From assembly GCF_009914755.1 (NCBI RefSeq), contig NC_060930.1: a stretch of DNA of 64,000 bases. The stretch is one strand, 5' to 3'. The notes under the pieces are model-generated. The model was not told the DNA's origin. It ran no database searches and was given only the letters and a program-made list of their open reading frames with translations. How positions within the stretch are numbered: position 1 is the stretch's first letter; the number at the start of each line of letters is the position of its first letter. Both the position numbers and the translations under genes were made by a program. Of the stretch, positions 41,884 through 58,904 are shown piece by piece. The DNA comes from the human T2T-CHM13v2.0 reference genome, Homo sapiens.

Positions 41884-42974
41884 AGGACCAAAAAAACTTG
41901 GGTTTGTCTCGTGGTTTTTTCCCTAACCCGTTCCCCCAATCCATTTTCCCTAACTCATTTTTTCCTAACCCAATAGCTTTTGGTTTAAGCTGTTCTGATA
42001 GTTACATACTGCTTTGAATGAACATATTGCTTTGTTATATGAATTTTGAGTAGTTACATTGATGCTTTAAATGAACCAGAGGGAGACAGGAGCACAGACT
42101 GGATAGAGTTCTGCTGGGAGTGACCAAGCTGTGTAGTCCTGCCTCTAGACAGCTGTGTGTGTCTTGAATCCTAGTGCCTCCTTCCTCTAGGTAAGTAAAG
42201 TAGTGCCTTCCACTGCATGGTCTGCGGTGATTGTTCTTGGCTCTGGGTTCTGCGGGCCTCTGACAACTATATGAAAAATATTCTTTCTCTTTACTCTGTT
42301 ATTTTTAGTTTGGCTAATAGGAAATGAATGTGGTTATTTGAAGAGCAGAAAGCAAATAACCAATGATTTCCTGCCTTACGCCTTAAATTTGCTTATCACT
42401 CTATTACCTGCATCATTGAGGCTTCCTCCTTATCAGTATTACTAAGTATTAAATATATTAGTCAGTTAGACAGAAACTCTAACAAAATCAATTGCTGCGA
42501 GTTAAAGAAAAGCAAAGCAAGTTTCTGGGGCCAAAGGAGCCCAAGCAAAAATCAGAATGCAATAGTAAATGTGGCTCTGGGAAGTAACAAGCCAGGCTGA
42601 TGGATTACTTTACACCTAAAGCAAAATTATCACCATCAGAGACCTGGCCATCCCAAGTAACAGCTTAGGTCTGTGGTTCTCAATGTCAACTGAATATTAG
42701 AATCACCTGGACTTTAAAAACTAAAGTGTCCTGCCCCGCTCCCTTCTGAGAGTCTGATTGCGTTTCCCAGGTGATCCTATGTGCAAATAGATCTGAGCAC
42801 CTCTGGTCTAGGTGTTAAGCTTTCTGGGGCAGCGGAGAGGCTGGATGCTTATAAACCTTCTCTTAAACAAAGGCTAATATCAGAGCTGGATCCATTTAGT
42901 AAAAGAATTCAGTTAAATATAGCTCTCCCAGAAGGAAAAGTATTTTAAGCTATTATTAGTCATTTATACTTTAG

Positions 42975-43185
42975 TGCAACTCTGTTCAACAAATAGAAGC
43001 TTCTGTGATGATGGAAATGTTCTATATTTGTGCGTCTACTTTCTTAGTCCACTAGCCTCATGTGTCTATTGAGCACTTGAAATGGGGCTAGAACAACCGA
43101 GTGACTGAATTTTAAATTTCGTTTTAACTCATTTAAATTTAAATCGTTGCATGTGGCTAGTGGCTACCATGTTGGTCAGTGCAGT
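42975..43185. mobile_element. MER3 hAT MITE (MER5-like remnant nearby at ~42672-42805)
   Basis: tctgtgatgatggaaatgttctatat...catgtggctagtggctacc. Confidence 0.8.
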
Positions 43186-43812
43186 TCTCGTGTAAATGGG
43201 TAATGAGTAAAGTGATAGAGTAGGGGTTACTGTATGCCCGAGGAGAGGAGTGAGAAGGAAGCCTGAGGATGGAAAAAAAGGGAGTAAATGAGGTCAGGTT
43301 CACTATGAAAACTCCATAGGAAGAGCAGAGGAGAAGCTATAGCAAAATGTGGCTTTGGGAACGCCTATCATTCTTGGTGCCACCCCAAAATAATGTTGAA
43401 GAGAAATTTTTGAGCTAGGGACTTTGGCTCTGATCTGCCCCACCTCTCTTCTACAGACTAGTGCCTGACCAAATAGTAAAGCTCACAGAAGCTCTTGCTG
43501 CTGGGAACTGTTGCTAGGAAAGCAGCAAGGAGAAGTGGAAAGAGTAAGACACTGGTGCTTACAAGCCAAAAAAAAAAAAAAGTCACCTGGTATCTCGGAA
43601 TCACTGTTGCTTCATAGCACAAGTGGTTAAGATGTGAGTGTCTACTCAGTGCCATTCAACACATCTGATGTTGCCAAATCAAATCAGACTATAGATGGAA
43701 GCCCCTTGGACCTTAAGAGAACCACTGAAATTATTGATTATTCCTGTGGAAAGAGCTGATCCCACTTAAATACTACCCCTTCAAGAGGTATTGTGAAAGA
43801 ACTTCCATAGGT

Positions 43813-43883
43813 GCATGGGTGATTCAGTGGTAGAATTTTCACCTGCCATGCAGGAGGTCCAGGTTCATTTCCTGGCCTATGCA
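43813..43883 (+). pseudogene. tRNA-Gly(GCC) copy, probably a retroposed pseudogene
   Basis: 71 nt GCATGGGTGATTCAGTGGTAGAATTTTCACCTGCCATGCAGGAGGTCCAGGTTCATTTCCTGGCCTATGCA with anticodon GCC at 43845-43847. About 11 substitutions versus canonical Gly-GCC, every CpG lost, B-box altered (GTTCGATTC to GTTCATTTC), no encoded CCA. Confidence 0.92.
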
Positions 43884-43900
43884 ACATGGCATCCCATTTT

Positions 43901-45092
<1,192 letters not shown>

Positions 45093-45559
45093 TTATGACA
45101 GAGCCTATGGCAGGCCAGTCAGTAACATTTTGTAGATGGCTACCTACACTATTAATTCTCATGAACTGTTCTTTGCCTCTAGTCTTTACCCTATTCCAGA
45201 ACTAGCGAGTTGATTGCATCAGTCTCTGAGTAACATTTTTTAAAACTTGACAATATGCATTGACAAGGAGTTTATCTAGTTAAATAATTCCTATTTAAAT
45301 ACCTGGTTAATGATATTTGGGTCTTATATCTACCCTCAAATCAATTTTATATTTTTAATGACACTACAGGTCAATTCCTTTTAAGAAAAATTGGCAAAGA
45401 AATATTTTTATGTTTTATTTGGATAATGGTCCCAGAGAGCCCTGGCACACATTTTGACAGAGTGAAAAAGGTTCAGGAAAAAACCCACAAGCATAATGAA
45501 AACAGAGGGGAAAGGTAAAATCAACAGTAAGTCTTGGATAGAAGTGAAAGTGTGACCAT

Positions 45560-47600
<2,041 letters not shown>

Positions 47601-47991
47601 CAAAGAGAAGATGAAGTAAAACATTCTAAAGTTCTCATGGGGGTAGGAAGAAAAGTTATAGGAAAAGGATGGTGAAAGTTTTCTAACATTCTTATGATAT
47701 TGGGATGGCAGAAAAATAAGGAAAAATTAGAGCATATTAAATGGTAAACTGAAATTTAGGGGGACATGTTTGGGTTATTTTTGATTGATCATGTGAGCAA
47801 AGAAAGAAAAGTCAGCCATTGATGAAATGTAAAATTACATCATCAGAAATTCTAAAACAAGGTCATTAAAAACATAAATTGAATACAAATTTGATCAACC
47901 CACAGAAATAATAAACAATAAAGATTTGAGAAAATCATGTAAGATAAGTAATAAACTTAAAGTAAAGAAAGAAGGGATACATCATGAATAA

Positions 47992-48354
47992 TCCAAATCT
48001 CATGTTGAAATGTAATCCCCAGTGTTGGAGATGGGGCCTGGTGGGAGGTGTTTGGGTCAAGAGAGTGGATCCTTCATGAACGGCTTGGTTCCATCCGTAC
48101 AGTAATGAGTTCACTCAAGAGTCAGTTGTTGCCCTTGCTCCCTCTCTCACTCCTGCCCTTGCCATGTGAATGTGTCTGCTCCTCCTTTGCCTTCTGTCAT
48201 GAGTAAAATCTCCCTGAGGCCCTTACCAGAAGCAGATGCTGGTGCCACACTTCTTGTACAGCCTGCAGAACTGAGAGCCAATTAAACCTCTTTTCTTTAC
48301 AAATTACCCCATCTTGAGTATTCTTTTATAGCAATGCTAGAATGGCCTAACACA
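47992..48354 (+). mobile_element. MSTA/B LTR missing its first ~28 bp
   Basis: ccaaatctcatgttgaaatgtaatccccagtgttggag...gaatggcctaacaca. Confidence 0.85.
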
Positions 48355-48388
48355 ATCATGTATAAAATATGCATGCCATGTATAAAAT

Positions 48389-48551
48389 ATAAGCAAAAGG
48401 ATTACTTATATACTGCTAACAAAAAATTCATAGGAAAATATAACAAAGCTGAACTTGTGTGTGTTTAAAAACATAGCCCCCAAATGCAAAAAAACAAAAT
48501 ATTTAATTAAACACATAGAGAAATTTATAAATAGTGCATTCCATCAGAGTT
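48389..48551 (+). repeat. Second copy of 46524-46667 (local direct duplication)
   Basis: ataagcaaaaggattacttatata...aaaaacatagcccccaaatgcaaaaa...ttccatcagagtt in both places. Confidence 0.92.
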
Positions 48552-48555
48552 CATC

Positions 48556-49480
48556 ACATGAACAAACATTTCTCAAGAGAAGACATACAAGTGGCCAAAA
48601 AGCATTAAAAGAAATCAACATCACTAATCATCAGAGAAATGCAAATTAAAACCACAATGAGATATCATCTCACACTGGTCAGAATGGCTATTACTAAAAA
48701 GTCAAAAAATAATAGATACTGGTAAGGCTGTGTAGAGAAGGTAGTACTTATACACTGCTGGTGGGAATGCACACTAGTTCAGTCACTGAGGAAAGCAGTT
48801 CAGAGATTTCTCAAAGAACTTGGAACTATCAGGTTGGTGCAAAAGTAATTGAGGGTTTTGCCATGATTTTCAATGGCAAAACATGCAATTACTTTTGCAC
48901 CAATTTATACTATTCAACCCAGCAATCCCATTACTGAGTGTATATCCAAAAGAAAAGAAATTGTTCCACCAAAAAGACAGATGCACTCACATTTTCGTCA
49001 CAGCACTATTCACAATAGCAAAGACATAGAATCAACCTACATGCCCATCAGTGGTGGACTGGGTAAAGAAAATGTGCTGCATCTACATCATGGAATACTA
49101 CACAGCAATAAAAAAGAATGAAATCATGTCTTTTGCAACAACATTGATGCAGCTTGAGGCCATTATCCTAGACAAATTAACTCAGGAACAGAAAACCAAA
49201 TACCACATGTTCTTATTTACAAGACGGAGCAAAACATTGGGTACTCATGGACATAAAAAAGGCAACAATAGATTCTGGGGAATATTAGAGGTGGGAGAAG
49301 GAGGCAGACAAGGGTTGAAAAACTTCTGGGTACTATAGTCACTTCCTGGGTGATGAGCTCAATTGTACTCCAAACCTCAGCATCACACAATATCCATGTA
49401 GCAAACCAGCATATGTATCCCCTGAATCTAAAATAAAGGTTGAAATTACAAAAAACAAACAAACAAACTAACTAACAAAA
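48556..49480 (+). mobile_element. L1PA16/L1PB-like 3' end
   Basis: atgcaaattaaaaccacaatgagata...ccctgaatctaaaataaa plus A-rich tail. Confidence 0.85.
48829..48907. mobile_element. MADE1 (Hsmar1 mariner MITE) nested in L1
   Basis: aggttggtgcaaaagtaattg...caattacttttgcaccaa palindrome of ~80 bp with TA on both sides. Confidence 0.92.
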
Positions 49481-49637
49481 TAGGAATACCTCTCATCACA
49501 CTAAAAATAAATAGACCACATTCGATTCGATTCTTCTATTAGAGAGAGTATTTCAGGTTACATCTTACAAGAAGTCCAGAGAGTTAGGAAACACAGAATC
49601 AGCTTATCTTTAAGCAGTTTATTAGTTGTATTGTTTT

Positions 49638-49704
49638 AGTATATTTTTAAGCAGTATATTTTTATTTAGTATATTTTAAGCAGTATATTTTTAAGCAGTA
49701 TATT
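49638..49704. repeat. 15-bp minisatellite (~4.5 copies)
   Basis: agtatatttttaagc units. Confidence 0.85.
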
Positions 49705-49980
49705 AGTAAGTGTTTTTACTTAAAAAAAATCTTCCAACACATTTTCAAGTGATGTATTTCTGGATTAAAAGCACTGGCTTTAATTTTGAATATGAACTGT
49801 CCAAAAGCTTAGAAACACAAGAAAAATAACGCATTATTATACCTTTTTCAGATTAACAATTAAAATTTAGATGTAAAATTGTAATGAGAATACTTTTGTA
49901 AGAAAATCTAGGAGTAGAGAAAATTTTAACCAACACTGAAAACTCAGAATTATATAACAATTTCAAAATTAAAACCTTCT

Positions 49981-50284
<304 letters not shown>

Positions 50285-52629
50285 TTATATAACAAAACTG
50301 TTACAAATAAAATCAAGAGGTGATTATAATGATGGAGAATATTTGTAATGTGGATGTTAAAGCATTAATGTATACTCATACAAGGAGCTATTAAAATTGA
50401 CAAGAAAATGACAGCTCAATAGCATATCCGATAGCATAACCTAGGAGTACATAAACCACAGAGGAGTTAATCTAAATGGGCAAGAAACACTTAAAAGAAA
50501 TGCTTGTTTGAAAAAAAAATAAAGCCAAAAAACCCAGAAAGATCACTTTGTACCCATCAGGCTAGTAAAATTTAACAATGAGCTACAACACCCCATTGTT
50601 GTCAAAATGAATATAAAGATTACTTTCATACTTTCAATGTTAATGTGATATGTTACAACTTCTTGGAAAGCAATCTAGCAAAATACACTAAAATTAAAAA
50701 TAAATATATTCTTGACCTAGCCATCTCTCTTGTGGGACTCTGTCCCAATGAAATATAAGCACTAACAGATGTATAAAACTGTTTATTGCAACCATGTTTT
50801 AGTGGCAAGAAAACAAGCAAAATGTTAATACCCACTAATAGGGGAGTGGATGAAGAAATTATAGAACACTTACTCTTGTGAACACTTGTTTATAAAATAT
50901 TATTCAACCATTAAAAATTATTGCTATACTAGTTTACTTGGAAGTAAAGTATAGTTATGGGCTCACTTCTGTCTAATATTGTGCTGTTAAACAGGAATGA
51001 CAAGTACATATATTCAAAGACACCAGTGTGTTATTAAAAATTGTGCTGAAGCTATTTTGTGTGTGTGTCAAGTTCTCAAGTTAATTTTCCTTCCTGAATA
51101 CTAACAAAAACGTAATAGATTTCTAAAAAGAATTGTTACAACATACTAGATGAAAACACTTTCTCATGTGACTTTAAATGATGATTGGAAACTCTCCTGT
51201 TTAATTGACTGAGAAGACCCAGCTCCCATCTTGGTATTCTTCTAACACAAATTTAATCTTGCAAATAATACCCTGTTCTTTTACGAAACACATCTATAAG
51301 AGAATAGTTAATAGGAACAAATTAAGATTTTGTAAAAACTATGATCAATAAAATAAGACAGAGCAGTCAGAGGATCATTATGAGAAAGTTGAAGATTAAT
51401 AGCACTATTGTCAGTATAAAAGCCATTTTATTCCTGAAAATTACCATATCAAAAAAGAGACCACCACTCACTGCCACCTTATAAATTCATAGTTCCATGT
51501 AAATAGGAATACAGTAAACTCTGCAAAATTTCAGACTAAATGAATTTAAATTTTTTAATACAGGACTTCTCAGAGCTTTTATTTTGTTATTCTGATTTAT
51601 GATCCTTCAAGAGAAAGGTTTACTGTACGTGACTGTGTGACTCCCCCATTTTATTCAGACTCTCTTACTAGATAAATGTTTCTAGGAATATTGAGGACTT
51701 CTGCCCCTGAAAGCGATGTATTTTAATGTCCTGTATTGCCTTCAATTTAGTATATGTTTGTTTCTTTATTGGGTTTCTGCTGTATACCTTGTACTATGTT
51801 GAAGGCTGGAGATGTAGTGAAGTTCAAAGTCTGGTTGAAAAAGCAGATATGCAAACAAAGTGTTATATGATAGGCTTAGTTCAAGGTTGGCTCTGGGTTA
51901 GGACAGTGGAAGATGAGAAGGAAGAACAAACTATTATCTCTATAGTGGAGAGTAAAGCTCCTCAATTGCAGGCAGTCAGAGGAGAAGTAAAATTTAGAAC
52001 AGGTCCCACACCAGACTGAGAAGTAAAGAGTTTACTTTTAGTGTCTATAATGAGACTGAAACTCTACCTGAGACAAACCTTGATTTCTTTTCCTTTTCTG
52101 CAACATCTCTCAAGTGCCTCCCACCTTAGGCCCAAATCCCTGCCAGAAACTCATCTAGAACACTCTTCTCTGGAACTCATAAGTCTAATTCTTTGTTTTC
52201 AAACTCACTCCTTCAGGGCTGGACATCTCCTGAAACACTGTTCTTATCCAGAGTTGAAGGTCTCTTTCCTGAATCCATTAAAAGATGACTTCCTTTAGCT
52301 TCTCCAGCAATTTGTTTTCTTATCCTATCTCTCAAAGCCAGACTTTTTCTATCGCCTAAGAAAACAGTTACTATATCTGATGTTCTGATTGTTACTAATG
52401 TGCTGATGGGGGTGTGTTAGTTTTAGACCTCAGAGAAACAGATGCCAAAATGGGATTAGAAGTGCAAGAGAGATATTGGGGAAAATGCTTACGAAGGGTT
52501 AAGGGAAGAGAATAGAAGAGGAGGAGAGTTCGGTCTGCAGTGCAGTTCCGATGCCTGTGGAGGAAAAGGACTGGGTAGGAAGAGGTGCAGTCAGCAGCAC
52601 AGCTCTAAGAAGACATCCTCTCATGACAA

Positions 52630-54060
52630 GTCTTAGGTGGTGGTTGTTATTTTCAAAATTACTAGAACTCATGAATATGAGCATAAATGATATGTTTTCA
52701 TCTATTGTATTGTTGTCTTTATAGATGTCACATCTTTGGTTGGTAGGACCATGTTAGATTGGATCCTGAGTCATTTTGATGCAATTATAGTCTTTGATAA
52801 GTTCATTGCCATCTCATATGATAACAGATTCCAAGCTCATCTCATACAATTCCTACCTCAGACCTCAGAATTATACATATCTCTAAGACATGTTTCTTTT
52901 AGTGGGAAATATGATTTAGGAACCGGAATCCATTCCTTAGGGGTATTATGATTACTCCTGATCATTTCTAGGCCTTTTCAGTGGACAGAGCTATAAAATA
53001 TAAATTAATTTTGATACATTCAATGCAAATTCAGAACTGTATTGTTTCTGCATACCCTCAACTGTCTTACAATTACAGAATTTTTCTTTTATCTGATGCA
53101 AAGTGTCCTGGTTTTCAATGACAATGGTGACACTAAAATTTGAGTATTACATAACTGTTCATTTGATTTAGTACACTTGAGTCACAGAACACTCTAGAAT
53201 AATAACATTATTACCACTAATAACATAATTGCTGAAAGAACTAAATATTTAGTAGCTTTTTTGTTCTCTGTATACCCCACTGAAACTATACAAATTTCTG
53301 TGTTTTAAAATCATTGGAAATAATTCCACTTGGTGTGGTTGTGCCACCAACTGGTACAAAATAGGTTCATTTAAAAAATTATTTTTAATATTTAGAAATT
53401 TTTAAAATTTTAAACTTTTTAAATAATTATATTAAATAACATGTATGTTTCAAAAGACAAATCTACAAGTAGAAGATACAGTCAAAGAACTCTAGCTCCC
53501 ATCCCTGTCCCTTCTACCTGAGTTCCCCTCTTCACGTATTGCTAACTAAAATAAGATTTATCCTTCCTTTGTTCTTTTTGTAATATAAGATATTATTTTA
53601 CAAAATATAATAAGATATTATATTACAAAATATACATATTTTATATTACAAAAAGAACAAAGGAAGGATAAACCTTACTTGGTTTACATACATTTTCTTT
53701 TTGATAAATAATAGCATTCTAAACACATTTTATCTTGCTTTTTGGACTTAAATCTTGGAGACTGTCCCATAGTAGTATATATAGATATTACCCATTCCTT
53801 TTTTACATCTCTGTAATATTCCATTGTGGTTTATATTTTATTCAACCAGTCTCTTGATGACAATTTGAGGTGTTTTCAGTCTTTTGCTGTAACAATATCC
53901 CAACCATCTAGGTTGTCATACCTCTATAATTTTTCCCAGGGTAATAGGTGAGAAATTGTATCTCAGTAGAGTTTTAATTTGCATTTCTCTTGTGAGAGAG
54001 TTCATGTGCCTTTTTTATATAAGTAAGAACCATATCCCTTTCTTTTTGTGTGAGCTGTTC
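52630..54060 (-). mobile_element. Old L1MC/ME 3' region
   Basis: ttttaatttgcatttctct, ttggatcctgagtcattttga and other L1M-like motifs. Confidence 0.55.
53557..53672. repeat. Perfect 32-bp inverted repeat enclosing a 24-bp direct repeat
   Basis: Arms at 53557-53588 and 53641-53672. Confidence 0.95.
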
Positions 54061-54344
54061 ATTTTACTAGCCTATTTTCCTACAGTATCAGTCTTCTCTA
54101 TTGCATAAATGAAGCAGGAAAGGGATTGAGAGATATGGAGAAATAAAAAACAAATTGCAATTTGGCTGCTGATGATGAATGAATCCCAGAACAGCTTTCT
54201 CACTGTGGCTGTAGACATCTATCAGACCACAATTCAACCTTTCAACAACCACAAAAACATTGGTTTGTTGGCATGGGTAACTCTCTGAGTCCTAGTGAGG
54301 TCTCCAATGCTTCACTAAAGTGATCTAAGATACAAAGTACCTGA

Positions 54345-54670
<326 letters not shown>

Positions 54671-56035
54671 TATTCCTCTTATTATTATTATTACTTTATA
54701 TCTGCTGGTTAAATGTACTCTATAAGGAATTACTTCCCAATCTTTTTCAAATAATGGCAAAATAGACAATTATAGTGTTTATATAGTACACCAAGATAAG
54801 CTACAAGTAGTTTGGGGATGTTTATATGGGGCTTTCTGAAATTATCTTTACATTACTTAACTATCATAAAAGCCCAAATTATTAGAGATGATATTAAATG
54901 TTGAATTTAGATATAACCTCAAAATTACATTTTTTGAATGGGTTAATGGGAAACTTAAGCTTGATTTTGTGAATACATCTTTTTAAAGTTAGTTTGAAAT
55001 AGCGACATGAAATTCTTAACCTCCCACGAAGAGATACTTTGTTCACAAAATGAAGTGACGAAAATATTACAACCTCATGTTTTAACCATTCCCAAATTTA
55101 TAACTTTTGAAATTATATTCAGAAAACGAATGCTCCTCGCTCTTCTTTCAACGGTAAATGTCATATGAAAATTTCATATGATCTGTGCAAACATAAGTTT
55201 GCAGTCACCCCCTGGTGCTGCTACTGCCAGTGGACCCGGCCAAGCTTCCTTAGACCAGCTCACCTCGGTCTATGGGCCTTTTCCTTGGCCACAAACTCTT
55301 CCCGTGGCTCCCCTAGTGTCGGAACACGATGGGTAAAATGGCATTCTCTGAGACCAGTTGCTCAAGAAGTTGTCCAGGTGGTGGATCATCCATTTGGCTT
55401 CCCCAGTCACTTCACTGAGGAGAGGTAGTGCTAGATGTGGCTCAGCATGCTTGTCACCTGCAGGGATAGCAAGACACACCATTGGACCTTGTGCCACCAG
55501 CTACTACCTAAGGAGCTTCAAACATGCCTTCTTTGGTCAGAAATGACCATCCCTAGGGCTCCATCTACCTGACAGCTGAAGGGTCAGTATCTCCTGGCAC
55601 ACAGGTGACCCACACCAGTTGAGAAGAGCTGCTATCATGCAGTATGAATAAAATTCATTGGTTAGAAAATGCCATTTCTAAATCCTTTCCTTGCCACTCA
55701 ATAGTGGGTGACATAAGGGAAACAAAGGTTTCAAAAGTTGTTTTTAAATGGAATGTTTGCTAAATTAAAAACAAATTAAGAAGCAACTCTGCTTCAGATT
55801 TTATCTTACTCATTTGGGTAGAAATGAGAGTTTTTAGGTAGAAAAAAATTATATATGTGTAACAGCTGTGTTTCCTGGCTTACTTCTCACATTGTCAGAA
55901 AACTGTACGTAAGCGACAGGCTATCCTAGGGCACCCTCAGATTCAAAAACTCACCATGGCTTTGCCTAACATTCAATTCACTGCAAACACCTTAGACAAG
56001 TGTACAAGTTATAGAGGAATAACAAGAAACATCAT

Positions 56036-56388
56036 TGATGTGGTTTGGCTGGGTCCTCACCTAAACCTCATCTTGAATTGCAGCTCCATAATTCCCACAT
56101 GTTGTGGGAGGGACCCGGTGGGAGACGATTGAATCATGGGGGCGTTTTCCCCCATACTGTTCTCATGGTAGTGAATAAGTCTCACAAGATCTGATGGTTT
56201 TATAAGATTTTTGCTTGGCTCTCATTCTCTCTTGTCTGCTGCTATGCAAGACTTGTCTTTCACCTTCCACCATGGTTGTGAGACCTCCCCAGCCATGTGG
56301 AACTGTGAGTCCATTAAACTTCTTTTTCTTTATAAATTACCCAGTCTCAGGTATGTCTTTATTGGCGGCATGAAAATGAACTAATACA
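56036..56388 (+). mobile_element. THE1 solo LTR (THE1B-like)
   Basis: tgatgtggtttggctg...gaactaataca; 5-bp TSD ATCAT at 56031-56035 and 56389-56393. Confidence 0.92.
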
Positions 56389-56598
56389 ATCATCTTACCA
56401 AACTTGACTTTCTCTGGCTCATAATAGATATGTTTGCCTATAATGTTATACTCTTTGCAGAAGATATTCTATAATATCACCAGTTACATGTACCTTGAAA
56501 TCAACTGGCCTATAGACATCCAAATTCTATAAAATGGTTAAGGACAGCATGACTTACATTTTTTATGTGTTCAGCAGATGTAAAGAATACTGTCAAGA

Positions 56599-56605
56599 TC
56601 TCTCT

Positions 56606-56654
<49 letters not shown>
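56599..56654. repeat. (TC)n(TG)n compound microsatellite
   Basis: About 5 TC followed by about 23 TG units. Confidence 0.95.
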
Positions 56655-56655
<1 letters not shown>

Positions 56656-57044
56656 TGAGGATTCTAATAACATGAGGCAATGATGGGAAGAGAGAAAAAG
56701 TAAAGACAGGGAAGAAGGGTGGAGAGGGAAAGGATTGGATGACCAGGATAGAGGAATAAATAGAGATAGGTGGTTAAAGATAGATAGAGATTGTTATAGC
56801 ACAGAAGCACCAAAGTTATAAATTATTACCCAGTTAATTCCACAAAAATTTAAGTGCCTACTGTACCAGGAGCTGGGGTACAACAGTGGACAAAACCAGA
56901 TAAAACTCCTGCCATTCGTAGTTTACATTCTGGCTGATTCTGTGCAGCTGCCAAGCCTTAGTAAATAACTTTCTTAAAATATATTCAGGAAACGTCTCTA
57001 TTCATAAATAGTACCTCTTGAGGGTTTGAAAAGGTACATTCAAT

Positions 57045-57940
57045 CTTTTTTTTTTGTCTTTTTAAAATCTTATTTTCAATTGACAAATTATAATTGTATA
57101 TATTTGTGGAGTACAAGGTAATATTTTGATATAGGTACACATTGTGGATGATTAAATCTAGCTAATTAACAAATGCATTACCTCACATACTTTATCATTT
57201 TTTTGAGATGCAAACATTTAAAATCTACTCTCTTAGCAATTTTCAATACAATGCATTATTAATTATATCCATTATGCTGTGCGATAGGCCTCGAAAACTT
57301 ATTCCTCTTATCTAACTGCAACTGTCCCCTTTGACCAACATCTCCTCCTTCCCCCCTCCAGCACCACACCACTTCAGTCTCTGCCATTCTACTCCGCTTC
57401 TCTGAGCTGAACATTTCTAGATTCTATATATAAATAACATAAAGTAGTATTTGTCTTTCCGTATCTGGCTTATTTCACTTAGCATAATGTCAGCCAGGTT
57501 TATTCCTGTTGTTGGAAATGACAGAATTTCCTTTTTAATGCTGAATAGTATTACATTGTGTACACATAACACATTCATATTTATCCATTGATGGACATCT
57601 AGGCTGATTCCACATCTTGGCTATTGTGAAAAACACTTCAATAAACATGGGAGTGCAGACACCTCTTTAACATACTGATTTTAATTCTGTTGGATATATA
57701 CCCAGGAGTAGGATTGCTGGATTATATGGCATTTCTACTTTTAGCTTTCTGAGGAACTTCCATACTGTTTTCCATAATGGCTGTACTAATTTACATTCCC
57801 ACCAACAATGTACTAGGGTTCCCTTCACTCCACATCCTCACCAACATTTATCTTTGTTTTTAACCACAGCCATTCGAACTGGTGTGTGGCAATACTCACT
57901 CTGGTTTTAACTTGCATTTCTCTGATGATTAGTCAAAGAT
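57045..57940 (-). mobile_element. L1MA 3' end
   Basis: aaatgcattacctcacatactt...aaaatctactctcttagcaattttc...aatttacattcccaccaaca. Confidence 0.85.
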
Positions 57941-58608
57941 ATATACAATTTTTATTTTCAATTTTGAGAAATGTAGCAGATAACCAAGTAGTATACAACT
58001 GTCTTAATTTCATGACATACAATGATTTTTTAAAAATGCATAAAACAGCACAAGTGGTTTAATGAAAAGTTATAAAAACAAAGTTGTACATTTTATTACC
58101 ACTATCTATTTCCATTTCTGTATTTTCAATAGGAATTTTATGAGGTCTGTGTTTTCAGGGAATTCATTTTCAGATTGTAAAATTCCTTCATAAACTATAA
58201 AATTATATACAAATGGGTGGTGACAAATTATATTTTCTATTCCTCATATTTCAGGGAGTTTCTCTACCCTCTTCCTGAAGCCTTGACCCACACCAAGCTA
58301 GGTCAAACAAAAAGGACCATCTTGTCACTCTTTAATAAGTGAAATAATATACCTGGGGGTCTTGTTGACATAATGAAGGATTAGGGATGTTATGATGGGC
58401 AAGCTGTGTCTTGAAGCTGTTTAATGCAGAAGATTCCAGGAAGAACCAGTTTCTGTCACTCCTGGATACACATAGGACCTGAAGCATCTATGGCCCACTC
58501 TTCCATCCACTTCATCATCAAAAGGAAAACTACATGGAACAATTCAATTGTCAGCTGAAACCTAGAGGAAGAAGTGCACCACTGGGGAGCAGAAAGAAAA
58601 GGGAGTGG

Positions 58609-58904
58609 GGCTGGGTGCGGTGGCTCACGCCTGTAATCCCAGCACTTTGGAAGGCCGAGGCAGGTGGATCACGAGGCTGGGAGATCAAGACCATCCTGGT
58701 TAACATGGTGAAACCCCATCTCTACTAAAAATACAAAAATTAGCTGGGTGTGGTGGCGCGTACCTGTAATCCCAACTACTCAGAAGGCTGAGGCACGATA
58801 ATCGCTTGAACCCAGGAGACGAAGGTTGCAGTGAGCCGAGATCGCACCACTGCTCTCCAGCCTGGCAACAGAGTGAGACTCCGTCTTAAAAAAAAAAAAA
58901 AAAA
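58609..58904 (+). mobile_element. AluSc-like
   Basis: TSD gaaaagggagtgg at 58596-58608 and 58907-58919. Confidence 0.92.

Noticed and set aside
43813-43883. Functional tRNA-Gly gene
   Set aside because: All CpGs decayed, stems and B-box damaged, and it lies within a TSD; treated as a pseudogene.
55270-55497. HHLDNFL resembling a reverse-transcriptase YLDD motif
   Set aside because: The catalytic DD is absent and no flanking RT motifs are evident.
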